Shown: positions 9,707 through 22,255 of the stretch, in pieces
How positions within the stretch are numbered: the first letter of the stretch is position 1
Layout: the number at the start of each line of letters is the position of its first letter
From: Heterodontus francisci
Taxonomy: Eukaryota
Reading direction: 5' to 3'
Assembly: GCF_036365525.1 (NCBI RefSeq)
Contig: NC_090389.1
Span: 35,338,973 to 35,402,972, forward strand
DNA: 64,000 nt
Program-made: the position numbers and the translations under genes
Notes under the pieces: model-generated
The model's database searches: none
Seen by the model: only the letters and a program-made list of their open reading frames with translations
What the model was told of the DNA's origin: nothing

Positions 9707-12200
9707 TCATGCTCTGAAGTTATTGAACTCAATGTTCAGTCTGCAAGGCTGTAGAGTGCCTAATTGAAAGATCAGGTGCTGCTCCTCGAGCTTGCGTTGA
9801 TGTTCACTGGAACACTGGAGCAGGCCAAAGACAGAAATGTTGGCATGACAGCAGTGGGGAGTGCTGAAATGGCAAGCAACCGGAAGCTCAGGGTCATGCT
9901 TTTGGACTGAGCGGAGGAGGTGTTCAACAAAGCGGCCACCCAATCTGCATTTGGTCTCCCCAATGTAGAGGAGACCACATTGTAAGCAGTAAATACAGTA
10001 TACTAAATCGAAAGAAGTACAAGTAAATCGGTGCTTCATCTGAAAGGAGTGTTTGGGGCCTTGGATAGTGAAGAGAGAGGAGGTACTAGGGCAGGTATTA
10101 CACCTCCTGCGATTGCATGGGAAGGTGCCTTGGGAAGGGGACAAGGTGTCGGGGGTAATGGAGGAGTGGACCAGAGTGTCACTGAGGGAACGATTCCTTC
10201 AGAATGCTGACAGGGGAGGGCAAGGGAAGATGCGTTTGGTGGTGGCATCACGCTCTAAGAGGCGGAAATGGCAGAGGATGATCCTCTGAATGTGGAGGCT
10301 GGTGGGGTGGAAAGTGAGGACAAGAGGAACCCTGTCGCGGTTCTGGGAGGGAGGGGAAGGCGTGAGGGCAGAAGTGCAGGAAATGGGCCGTGTCAACCAC
10401 AGTGAGCGGGAATCCTCTGTTGAGGAAAAAGAAAGACATATCAGAGGCGCTGTTGTGGAAGGTTGCATCATCAGAGCAGATGCGTCAGAGACGGAGAAAC
10501 TGGGAGAATGGAATGGAGTCCTTACAGGAGGCGGGGTGTGAGGAAGTGTATTCGAGATGGCTGTGGAGTCGGTGGGCTTATAATGAATATTAGTGGACAG
10601 CCTATCCCGAGAGATGGAGACAGGGAAGTCGAGGAACAGAAGGGAAGGGTGGTGTCTGAGATAGACCATGTAAAGATGAGAGAAGGGTGGAAATTGGAAG
10701 CAAAGTTGATAACGTTTTCCAGTTGGGGGCGGGAGCAGGAAACGGCACCGATACAGTCATCAATGTACCTGAAAAAGAGTTGGGGGAGGGGGCCTGAATA
10801 GGACTGGAACAAGGAATGTTTGACATATCCCACAAAAAGACAGGCATAACCAGGACCCATGCACGTACCCATAGCAACACCTTTTACTTGAAGGAAGTGA
10901 GTGGAGTTGAAGGAGAAGTTGTTCAATGTGAGAACAAGTTCAGCCAGGCGGAAGAGGGTGGTGGTGGATAGGGACTGGTTGGGCCTCTGTTCAAGGAAGA
11001 AGCGGAGTGCCCTCAAACCACCCTGGTGGGGGATGGAAGTGTAGAGAGATTGGACGTCCATAATGAAGAGGAGGCAGTTAGGGCCAGGAAACCGGAAATT
11101 GTCAAAATGACGTAGGGCTTCAGAAGAGTCATGGATGTAGGTGGAAAGAGACTGGACCAGCGGAGAAAAGATAGAGTCAAGATAGGAAGAAATAAGTTCA
11201 GTGGGGCAGGAGCAGGCTGACACAATGGGTCTGCCGGGACAGTCCTGTTTGTGGATTTTGGGGAGGAAGTAGAAGCGGGCTGTCCAGGGTTGTGGGACTA
11301 TGAGGTTGGAAGCTGTAGAGGGAAGATCTCCGGAGGACATGAGGTCAGTCATAGTCCTGTGGACAGTAGCCTGATGTTCGGTGATGGGGTCTTGGCCCGG
11401 GGGAGGTAGGAAGAAGTGTCTGAGAGTTGGCACTCAGCCTCTAAAGGTAGAGGTCGGTATGCCAGACAACAACAGCACCACCCTTGTCTGCAGGTTTGAT
11501 CACAATGTCGGGGTTAGACCTGAGAGAACGGTGTGCAGAAGGTCAGAAGGAGACAGGTTAGAGTGAGTGAGGGGAGCAGAGAAATTGAGAAGACCGATGT
11601 CTCACACCGACAGTTCTCAATAAAAAGATCAAGAGTGGGTAAGAGGCCAGTGGGAGGGCCCCAGGTGAAGGGAGAATGCTGGAGGTGGGTGAATGGGTCT
11701 GCTGGTCAGGGGGAGGACCTGGTCAAAGAAGTGATCACGAAGGCGATGGAAGAAGAGCTCAACGTCATGCCGAGCACGAAATTCATTCAGGTGGGGGTGT
11801 AAGGGGATAAAACTGCGTCCTTTGCTGAGTACAGATCGTTCAGCATCAGAGAGGGGAACGTCAGAGGATGTAGTGAATACACGGCAAGGGGTCAGATCAG
11901 AAGCAATGGGGTCAGAGGGAGGTGAAGGGGAAGAAGGATCTGGAGGGGCATTAGTCCCCATCAGCTGCTGGAGCTAGCGTTCCTTAACACCTGAAAGGAA
12001 GAAAAAAAGTTTTTTATTAATGCATTGGATAAGGATGAAATGAAACTGCAGAGCAGAACAGCTTTGAGATAGGATCAGGCGGTACTTCTGCAGCAAGAGG
12101 TCCAGTGTGTACATGTGACGGCGCATGGCACTGAGTGTGGATCTCAGGATGCGGCGAGAACAGCAGTCTGAGGAACGTTGTATTTCTTGGAGATACGCAT
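9707..12200 (-). pseudogene. Penelope RT + GIY-YIG endonuclease, frameshifted
   Basis: ARFYFLPKIHKQDCPGRPIVS, DVQSLYTSIP, QVKGVAMG and FFRYIDDCIG (RT). GTFPCNRRRCNTC and VYCIYCLQCGLLYIGETKCRLGGRFVEH (Cys-rich linker and GIY-YIG). Confidence 0.92.
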
Positions 12201-12545
12201 GCTCGAGGAGCAGCACCTGATCTTTCGATTAGGCACTCTGCAGCCTTGCAGACTGAACATTGAGTTCAATAACTTCAGAGCATGACTGGCCTTTTTTAAT
12301 ATTTAATTTTTTAACTATGTGCCTACTTTTCATGTAGTCAGAGCTGCTCATTATTCAGTTGTCAACAGTCTCTCTGGACTAATGCTTTGTCTTTCACCAC
12401 AAGCATTAGTATACTATTTGCCTTTGTCCAAGGACAGCTTTGTTATTTAATCGCCCTCTGCCCTATCAAACACCTTTCCCTTTGTTCTCTCCCCCACCCC
12501 CTCCCCTTCACTTGCTTTAAATCTAATTCTTTTCTAACCTTTGCC

Positions 12546-12582
12546 AGTTCTGATGAAAGGTCACAGACCTGAAACGTTAACT
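12546..12582 (+). ncRNA. Minimal type I hammerhead ribozyme motif
   Basis: AGTT (stem I) CTGATGA A AGGTC-aca-GACCT (stem II) GAAA CGTT AACT (stem I'). Stem III is the palindrome ACGT. Predicted cleavage is after GUU at 12578. Confidence 0.82.
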
Positions 12583-13259
12583 TTGCTTCTCTTTCCACAG
12601 ATGCTGCCTGACCTGCTGAGTATTTCCAGCACTTTTTGTTTTTGTTTCAGATTTCCAGCATCTGCAGTATTTTGCTTTTATTTAATAATTTTGGACTTTT
12701 TTCATTTGTCTCATAGATTAATGAATGTCAGGAGTTCAAATGTGTTTGCCCTTTCAAGAAATAGTTTGCTAGATATTGTATGCCAGATGAAATTGTTGCA
12801 CATAATGGACCCAACCTGAAAAATTTGGAATTCAAAAATCTTTGCTGAGCCCATGGTTGAAAGAATATGGCCACAATATAATGAGAAAGCTGAGAAAGTT
12901 ATTTGAATTGAAAAAGCGCTGTTGACAAAAGCAAAAGGTCAAAATGTATATCTCATGCTTCTTACTTATCCTTCCATCCCTGGGGTGACGGAGTGTCACC
13001 CGCACAGTTGTTGATGAGCTGCAGGGCGAAAACAGCACTTCCCAGCCCAGAATGAGAGCTCAAATAAAAAATTATCAAAGGAGTTTTACAAAATCTTATG
13101 TTCAACAAAAGTAAGAAAAAGATATACTTTGGCCAGTGATCTCATCCTGTAAAGCTGCAACCAAGATGCAGTGAGGATCTATGAACAGGATAAACGGAGA
13201 GCAGCAGTTGTTCAGCAAAAGATTAATGAGCTGAGATCAAGGCCCCAATGATAAATTGT

Positions 13260-13955
13260 GAGGCAGGAAAGGAGCGGGGATGGGGGGAAAGGGCAGATTG
13301 AACGGCCCAAAAATAAGGATTTCCTGGAGGTCCTGCCCAATTTAATGACAGGACCTGATTTAAATTCTTTACATGGTTTTTCCAGCCACAGTCAGTCAGA
13401 TTGAGTGGCTCGCTGCTGGGTGGGAAGGCAGCCAATGAGTGGAGGGCAGGTACGTCAGTCATGGAAAAGGTGGCAGTGGGTCGCAGGGTGGATGGTGGTG
13501 GTGGTTGTTTGCACATTTTTGGGGGGGTGGTGCTCAGACATAAGGGGATGCGGATATAGCGGGGGTCTCAGACATGGGTGGTCTGAACATGGGGAGTGGG
13601 GCTGAATGATTGCCCAGAGGGAAACAAGTTAGCATCGTGAGCAGGGGGAATGCCACAAGGCAGTGCTGTAATGGCACTTAACTGATGGATGCAACTCTTC
13701 TCACTTCCCTTCAGCTGCCAGGTTTCCTGAGGCCCAGGAAACATGGTCCACATGAGTTAAAAGTAATAATCCTGTTAAATTGGAGGCACACAACTTAATA
13801 TAAATATTTTAGTGATGGACACACCTCCTGAGAGTTGGTTAATTGCTCAGGTCCATTAAAACCAGAATTGGGTAAGCTGTGGTTAGGTTCTAGATTTTTG
13901 AACTTTAACTCTCCCTTCTGCCCGTCCAAGGGTGCAGGATTAAACTTAACCCCCA
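13260..13955. mobile_element. Decayed GC-rich MITE-like insertion
   Basis: GC-rich island with the same character as the other MITEs. Right end ttaaacttaacccc resembles the TIR; left end not resolved. Confidence 0.4.
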
Positions 13956-14849
13956 TGTAGCAGAAGAGTAGGTATTTTACAGTTCAGAAGGAACAGAAGC
14001 GATCTCATCAAAATTTTTCTGAGGTTGGAACCAATCCAAGAAGAGATGGTTGCAAAAGACTAGAAAACTGAGATTCGTGAGAGTGAACTGGAATAACAGA
14101 CTAAATATGGGATGAGCAAGAATTAGTCAGAATAAAGTAAATCTGCAAAAATAAACCGGAATAAGAAACTAAGTATGAACCTGAATGGAGATACCCAGCT
14201 GGAATCCAGAAGCTACCTGAAAGGTTAACCTATATTTGACCTGTATAATAATGTAATAAAGTAATAACTTCCATTTTCAGTTTTGAATTTATTTGAATTT
14301 TGAGTTTAGTAAAAAGATAGTTTCTTGAAAGAAAGGCAGATACATCCTTGCATCCTCATTTCAACTGGCATGCACAAATCATTCTTTTCCATTGCACATT
14401 TCAACCTGGCAGCATTTTACTTGTATTGAGATTGCACATACTTTAGCCATCACTGAATGAAAGTTCTGCATCACAATTATTCATGGCAAGTATTCTCATT
14501 CACATAGTGCAGAGGGTACAAAATAGAAATGAAATAAAAAGCAACTTATTGAAAGTCCAAGTAAAACACAAATTTGTCTAAAAATTTCTGCTGGCACGAT
14601 GAGTGGATGAATGCTTAACACATTCATATGAAATCTCTCCACCTGCTATTTTGTGTAGTCACTAACTAATGTACAATAAATGACAATACCTGAGTTAAAA
14701 TAGTGGCAAAGAAATATGACAGGAATATGTTAAATGTCATCTGGTAATATTACCATCAGTAGTACTTAGTTTCAGGTGCTTCAATAAATATATACGCATA
14801 TCTATGTTGATTCAGTTCATCGTCAATATACTTAAATTTATAGGTCATC

Positions 14850-15278
14850 ATGGTCATTGCCTTGTTGGCTTTGTCTTCGTGGTAGGTTTTGGGTTCAAGA
14901 TTCACTCCAGATAACCAAGGTTGATACTTCACTGCTGTACTGAGGGTGTGCTACACTGTTGAGGTGCTCTCTTTTGGATGAGACATTAAACTGAGGCTCT
15001 TTCTGCCTCCTCAGATGGACATAGAAAATTGTGTGGCATTATTTTGATGAAGAGTAGTGGCTTCACCAATATTTATTCCCTCAACCAGCATCACTAATAT
15101 AAACAAATTATCTGGTCATTTTCTCATTGGTTTTTGTGGGGCTTTGCTGTGCACGACATTGGTGGCCATATTTTCTCTTTTACAACAGTCACTGCACTTC
15201 AAAAAAAAGTATTTCAATTGGTTGTAGAGCACTTTGTGTTTTCCTGAGGTGACAAGCGCAAGTTCTATTTTTCTTTTT
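14850..15278 (+). mobile_element. Deu-domain-like SINE (SacSINE1/AmnSINE-like), old
   Basis: B-box-like gggttcaagatt, body gtactgagggtgtgctacactgttgaggtg...ggatgagacattaaactgagg, and L2-like tail. Homologous to the split copy at 61005-63347. Confidence 0.7.
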
Positions 15279-15514
15279 CAAATGCATTCTTGATTAAATG
15301 GGGATAAGGAATGGCTGGTCGTGTTTTACAGAGCAGCTGCATGCCTGATGGGGGTTTGCAAGATGTCATGAAACTCAAAAATCAAAATCCAAACAACTTA
15401 GAATTCTATCTGACTTCAAGATTGTATTACATGTTCTCATAACTCATGATTTGTATTATTGTTTCCAAAGAATTCTATTTTAGATTTATTAATTTAGGTT
15501 TCTTTTCTACTCCC

Positions 15515-16197
15515 GGGGCCAGATTTTCAAAGCAGGATTGGGAACCCAACACCCGAATGAATTCTGAGTCCTGTCCCCACATCTGAGCTATGTTGCTGTC
15601 GCGATACTATCTTTAAATGTAAATGTCCCAATTGGGCAGGATGTGAGCTTGGCGCCCAATTTGAGGCACCAAGTATCTCTAGGAGACAAGAGCTGCCTGC
15701 CTGGCACCAGCGGCAAAGGAAAGCAGCAGCCATTTTGAGGCCTGTCGCTGCCTTGCTAAAGAGAGCAGGCAGCTCCTTGGAGGACCAGTAGTGTCGCCAG
15801 GGAATGAAGTGGCCATGCAAGCTCGATGATGGTAGATCACTCGAACTGGTGCAAGTAGGTCCAGGAAGGGTCAGCTTAAATTAAATGGAGAGAAAGTTTC
15901 TGATGTCTGCACAGCGAACCTATCTACTAACAAGCACCAGAGTTCTTGGGTTTGCCAAATTAAAGATTGAAAATTCTAATCGCGACCGCACAGGCTACTT
16001 AACAAGCTCGTTAAGGAGTTTAAGGGGCCATTAATTGGTGGCGAGCGCGTTTCCCATTCCCTCCTCCCTGCCGACCTTTTGAAAATTCAAAAACTGTCCT
16101 GGAGGCATCTGGATCCCAAGATGACCTCTTGGACCGCAATTTTGAAATCCTGCCTGCACTGGGTCCTGACCTCACGGCCATTTGAAAATTTGGCCCC
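15515..16197. mobile_element. PIF/Harbinger-type MITE
   Basis: 17-bp TIRs ggggccagattttcaaa / tttgaaaatttggcccc, 16/17 match. Confidence 0.8.
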
Positions 16198-16572
16198 AAG
16201 TCGCTGTTTGGGAAGGACCTGATAAATAGGATACTTTTGTATCAGATATGATGTTAATTAATTAGAGTTAACCCAATCTCAGAATGTCTGCAGTGTGCTC
16301 TGTCTCTGAAAGGATCCCATTATTCTGTTGAAGTGATAACCAACATACAATGTCAATTATTCAATAGGAAAAGTCTACCTAAAATAGTTTACTTTGTTAG
16401 TTCACAGGCTTTGAAAAACAATTCGATCAAAAAGTAACTTGGTGGTTGGAATAATTTATTTAAAAAGTTAGCATAAAATAGCTGAAGCCAGAGGATGGGA
16501 TGATTCGAATCTCTTTGGCTACTTAGGCATTAATTAAAATATATGTAGGATAGGACAATATCCAGGCATTAA

Positions 16573-18390
16573 TACGAACATGCGAATTAGGCCACTCGGC
16601 CCCTCGAACCTGCTCTACCATTCAATAAGATCATGGCTGATCTGATTGTAACCTCAACTCCACGCCCCCGCCTACCCCCAATGACCTTTCGACCCCCTGC
16701 GTATCAAGAATCTATCCACCTCTGCCTTAAAAATGTTGAAAGACTCTGCTTCCACTGCCTTTTGAGGAAGAGAGTTACAAAAACTCACGACCCTCTGAGA
16801 GAAAAAATTTCTCCTCATTTCTCTCTTAAATGGGTGACCTCTTATTTTTAAAAAGTGACCCCCAGTTCTAGATTCTCCCACAAGGGGAAACATCCTTTCC
16901 ACATATACCCTGTCAAGACCCCTCAGGATCTTATATGTTTCAATCAAGTCGCCTCTTACTCTCCTAAACTCCAGCGGATACAAGCCTAGCCTGTCCAACC
17001 TTTCCTCATAAGACAACCCACCCAGACCAGGTACTAGTCTAGTAAACCTTCTCTGAACTGCTTCTAATGTATTTTAATCCTTTCGTAAATAAGGAGACCA
17101 ATACTCTACATGGTACTCCAGATGTAGTGTCACCAATGCCCGGTATAACTGAAGCATAGCCTCCGTACTTTTGTATTCAATTTCCCTTGCAATAAACAAT
17201 AACATTCTATTAGCTTTCCTAATTACTTGATGAACCTGCAGACTAACCTTTTGCAATTCATGCACTAGGACACCCAGACCTCTCTGCATCTCAGAGCTCT
17301 GCAATCACTCATCATTTCGATAATATGCTTTTTCTATTTTACCTGCCATAATCGAAAATTTCACATTTTCCCACATATACTCCATTTGCCAAATCTTTGT
17401 CCACTCACGTCACCTACCTATATCCCTTGGTAGCCTCCTTATGTCCTCTTCACAACTTAAATTCCTACCTATCTTTGTGTCATCAGAAAATTTTGCAACC
17501 ATATCTTCGGCCCCTTCATCAAAGTCATTTATATAAATTCTAAAAAGTTGAGGCCCCAGCACTGATCCTTGTGGCACGCCACTCGTTAAATCTTGCAAAC
17601 CAGAAAACGACCCAATTATGCCTACTCTCTGTTTCCTGTTAGCTAGCCAATCTTCTATCCATGCCAATATGTTACCCCGACACCATGAGCTTTTATTTTC
17701 TGCAATAACCTTTGATATGGCACCTTATCAAATGCCTTCTGGAAATCTAAGTATAGTACACCAACCGGTTCCCCTTTATCCATAGCACATATTACTGCTT
17801 CAAAGAACTCCAATAAATTGGTTAAACATGATTTCCCTTTCACAAACCATGTTGACTCTGCCTGATTACCTTGAATTTTTCTAATTCCTCTGCTATAATG
17901 TCTTTAATCATAGCTTCTAAAATTTTCCCTAAGACAGATGTTAAGCTAACTGGCCTGCAGTTTCCTGCTTTCTGTCTCCCTCCCTTTTTAATAAGGGAGT
18001 TACATTGGCTATTTTCCAATCTATTGGAACCTTCCCCAAATCTAGGAAATTTTGGAAAATCAAAACCAACGCATTAACTATCTCACCAGCCACTTCTTTT
18101 AAGACCCTAGGATGAATTCCATCAGGACCCGGGGACTTGTCAGTCTGCAGCTCCAACAATTTCCTCAGTACCACTTCCCTGGTGATTGTAATTTTCTTGA
18201 GTTGCTCCCTCCCTTCCATTTCCTGATTTATAGCTATTTCTGCAATATTACTTGTATCCTCTGTAGTGAAGACCTGTTCAATTCATCTGCCATCTCCTTA
18301 TTTTCCCTTATTAATTCCCCAGGCTCATTTTCTATTGGACATTTATTAACTTTTCTTTTTTTAAGTATCTATAGAAACTCTGTATTTGTT
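16573..18390 (-). mobile_element. CR1 LINE fragment, frameshifted RT
   Basis: KSPGPDGIHPRVLKE, YLDFQKAFDKVP, GVPQGSVLGP and KFSDDTKIG in successive minus-strand frames. Confidence 0.95.
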
Positions 18391-18669
18391 TTTTATATTT
18401 CTAGACTCACAAGGTGTGCAGTCTCACAAAGCACATGACATGTTAAATTCTAAGTTGATTGTCAAAAAAAAGCTGCAATAGAAGACATCGCATAGCATAA
18501 TTTGCAGCTTTTGCAAGGATTTTAACTCCTGCCATGGATGAAGTGGAATTTGTGTGATCCAACATTTCATATTTAAGAGACAATTCAAAACCTTTCAGCC
18601 AAAAGTCATGTTTTATCATAATCTGAATGAAAGCTGTTCTACAATGGGAATATTAACCTCTTGTAGAAT

Positions 18670-18924
18670 GATGGCCATTCTGTCCATCGAACTCAGGCCG
18701 GCACTCCATGAAGCTATGCAGCCGGCTTAATTCCCGTAGCCCTGCAAGTCTATTTCTCTCAGGTGGCCATCCAACTTCCTCTTGAAGTCATTGATCGTCT
18801 CCACTTCCACCACCCTTGTGGGCATCGAGTTCCAGGTCATTACCACCTGCTGCATAAAAATGTGCTTCCTCATATTCCCCCTGCATTTATTGCACAAAAC
18901 TTTCAATCTGTGTCCCCTGGTCCC
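18670..18924 (-). mobile_element. CR1 3' end fragment
   Basis: TRGHRLKV...FMQQVVMTWNSMPTRVVE..FKRKLD terminal motif. Confidence 0.85.
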
Positions 18925-19324
18925 AGAGGGGAGGGGGAGAGAAGAAAGAATGAAACACACACACACACACACTCACAGTGCAGGGAGAGGGGGAAGACAG
19001 ATCAAGGTCTCTTCTGAAAAGTGGACATCTATCCAGAATACTCTGCATCGCTACATCAAGTGTGCAGGCAGAGACCGACTACTTATGCAAGCAAAAACAA
19101 TGCCAGGTATGTCACTAAATCAGTTTATAATATAGTGATGAGAAAGTAAGTCAATAAATTAGTCTTCTCATTGAAAGTTTCTTCACAAAAAGGCACATTT
19201 GTTGTTGTTTTTATTAGTAAGATAAATGTTTAATGCCTTTATCTTTCGAAATTTGCTCACCGGCCCTCTGGGCTGAGCAAAAATCGCAAAGCGGCCCTCC
19301 ACCCAAAAAGTTTGGACAACCTTG
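18925..19324 (+). mobile_element. hAT (Charlie-like) non-autonomous element, right part
   Basis: 19000-19120 is homologous to 58948-59066, the decayed transposase C-terminus. Ends aaaaagtttggacaaccttg, a hAT-like TIR. Confidence 0.65.
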
Positions 19325-20496
19325 GTTTAGATGTATACATTGATCTGATTGTGTTATATGTTGTCTTTCAGATGGGAGATGAGAACATGGTGGGCATTCT
19401 GTGTATTCTTGTGTAATTATTGAACATTGAGAAACAGCTTATCATGAGCATGCTAAGCCTTACTCAGGAAGTACAAAGGCACAATTTGTGCTTCATAGAT
19501 TCATTATGCTTCTGTAAGCAGCCTTTAGCCATGAGACAGAAGAATACCTGGTCCACTTTTTTGTCAAGATTGTTGAAATCACTAACAAGGAGACAAAACA
19601 AACTATAAATCTAATGCAAGTTTCCCACTCATTCCCCCTGTGTTCTAATTATCTGGATTTTGCTCTCAGTGGTGACTGAATGGTGCCAGCCATTCATTAC
19701 ACTCACATTTATTTGCCCACAGACTTTCAAGGGGCTTTTGCACAGGAACATAAGTTAATTTCAGAGCGAAACCAGCCTGGTATCCTCTACAGGGGAACTG
19801 GGACCTGTGTGAACAGGGAAAATAATTGTATATCTCCTTAACCAATCAGAAAGAAGAATAATTACTGAGGCATTCAGAGTCCAAATCAGTAACTCCTAGT
19901 TTGCATAATTCAAGTCATGTGTAGAAAGCTGAATAAAGAGAGAGAAGGATGAAATTAAGGCCGGAAATTTTCCTGCTGAAATCGGGCGTCAACCAAGGCT
20001 GCCGAACCGAAAAATGGCGGGCACTGATATCGGGTCAGGTCCCCGAAGTCATTACGCCCAATCCCCACCTTACGCAGGTCGGATGGCGGGTGAGATGGAG
20101 GTGCCGCTCGCCGTCCGATTTACATCAATTAAAGGCCAATTGAAGTATTTGAAAAGCCAATTGACAGCCATTTTACGTCAACCATTAAATATTATGTTTG
20201 GCAAATGGGCGTGGTGGGCGTGGGAACACGGCAGCTTTAAAAGAGCGGCAACCAGTGTGTCTGTGAAGGAGTTGGAGGTACTGGATTTTTCGTTGCTTTC
20301 TGTTTGATTTCTGAGTTGATTGCAAGGTCGGGGCTGATATTGCTGGTTCTCCAGGGTTCACCTGAGTGGGTTAAACTTCAGGTAGGACCACAGCATCAGT
20401 GATTTATTCTGTGTAGGGGAGGGAGGTTTGCAAGTGTCTGTCCTTACAGCAGGCAGCAAATAGCTGTCATCATTACATCTCTGGGACACTGCAGCC

Positions 20497-21270
20497 ATGG
20501 GCATTGTCCACTCTGGAGGCAGCTTCTCTCGTGAGGAAGAGAATGCCACAAGGAGGGACAGGAGGACAAGTGACCAGGGAAATCAGCAACCTGCTGGCCA
20601 ACTGCAGCCTGGTAATGGGGGAGGGGAAGGAGGTCACAGAGTGCGCCAGGAGCAAACATCTGTGAGGAGATAGGTCTACCCAGTAGGCAGGGTCTGCCGC
20701 CCACGGTTGAGCTTTCTGCAGATGTCCGAGCTCCAGTGCCATCGAAGACTGTGCCTGTCCTGAAAGACTGTCACATCTCTGTGTGAGATGCTGGCACCGG
20801 AGGTCATATCCAACTGTGTGGGTGGCCATTCAATGCCGGTTGCACTAAAAGTCACAGCCACTCTGAACCTCTATGCATCAGGCTCATTCCAGGCTTCCAC
20901 AGGAGACATGTGCGGAATCTCACAGTCATCAGTGCAACACTACATTAAGGTGGTAACTGATGCCATATTCAGGCGTGCCAACCAGTTCACCAAGTTCCAG
21001 ACAGACTCCACCAGTCAGGCCGAGAAAGCCAGAGGCTTCAGTGCCATCACTGAGTTTCCCATGGTCCAAGGTGTGATTTAATGTACACATGTGGCCATTA
21101 GAGCACCTGCAGGTCTGACAGGGGCCTTCATAATGAAAGGGGGTATCACTCAATAAATGTGCAACCTGTCTGTGACCACTGTAAGGGTATATTACAGGTG
21201 TGTGTTCATTATCCTGGAAGTAGTCACGACGCATTCATTCTGCAGAACTCCCAGGTGCCAGCACTATTCA
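20497..21270 (+). pseudogene. Harbinger DDE transposase, N-terminal half
   Basis: VALKVTATLNLYASGSFQ..GDMCGISQSSV, FPMVQGVI*CTHVAI (first catalytic Asp replaced by a stop) and [11 protein letters not shown]. Confidence 0.9.
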
Positions 21271-22255
21271 ACCAGGCCAGTGCTGAGCCCCAGGCTGATG
21301 ATGAACCTCTGAGAACATCCATTTGGCAGGAGATGCTACAGGTGCAGCGTGAGGTGTGTGGAGATCTGGCGGAGTTACCAGAGACCCTGTGTGCTCTGGT
21401 TCAGACTATGGAGGTTTCCATCCAGACCATGAGTTCCGCACAGTCCCTGTCATCTGTGCAACTGGCTTCCTCCATTGACAGACTGGAGGGCCCGATACTG
21501 CAGGCCCTCCAGAACCTCACAGAGACAATGAGCTCTATGGAGCAGTGCCTCAGTGAGTTGTCAACGAGGCTACTGCAACATCCAACAGCTGCTCATCCCT
21601 CTGAGGTCAGCAGGGAGGCCCAATTGAGCCTCATGAGGGCACAGGAGCAACAGCAGCATGCATGAGGGGGCTCCTCTCAGGCCACTCCTGCTGCATACAG
21701 GTGCTCCTTGTCCCCTCAGCCAGTGACATTAGCACCTCAAAATCCAGGATGACAGAGGGTGGTCCTGAGACTGCTCAGGGTCACCTCAACATACCTGGGC
21801 CCTCACGGCCTCAGGCAGTCAGAGGACGCCCACCAAGGTCATCCCAAGCCATGGGGCATCCTGAACAGCCACCTGCCTCTGCCGTGGCTGGCAGCGAGGT
21901 GTCATCTACATGCGCAAGCAGTCGCAAATGTTTTAAGAATTCACATTAACTACACTTAGGGTCACTGGTGCGATTTTGAATTATTTATTTGTTGTTCGAC
22001 TGCACATAAAACTTATTAAATTTCTCACTTGGCTTTTTCATCTGTCTCAAGTCAATGATGATGTATTAGATGATCTTTTTCTTCTGCATGAGATGGAGAC
22101 TTGGGGGAGGTGCCACATTGGACCATGTTGTGTTTGAGGGAAAGGTGGACCGTTGCAGCTGAGATTAACACCTGCAGGTGGGTGTTTTTGCGCTTCTAGC
22201 TGATGTGAATGCCTGAATTCAGAATGACATATCAGTCATTGGCATACTGCATGGG

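Larger units (their letters stand above)
9352..12678 (-). mobile_element. Penelope-like element (Neptune-type) with inverted terminal repeats and 17-bp TSD
   Basis: Perfect direct repeat tatttaataattttgga at 9335-9351 and 12679-12695. 9352-9791 is the reverse complement of about 12201-12640. Internal RT and GIY-YIG frames. Confidence 0.93.
5331..13250 (+). pseudogene. Ancient Gypsy integrase relic split into pieces (5331-5456, about 9172-9351, 12696-13250) by younger insertions
   Basis: Rejoined pieces read, with stops and frameshifts, KIHNSP...RSRNVLFW, CQDVSTNIFEFSSIQYLIILDFF, WPQYNEKAEK and LLTYPSIP..VSPAQLLMSCRAKTALP. This is the order of Gypsy integrase motifs. Confidence 0.65.
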
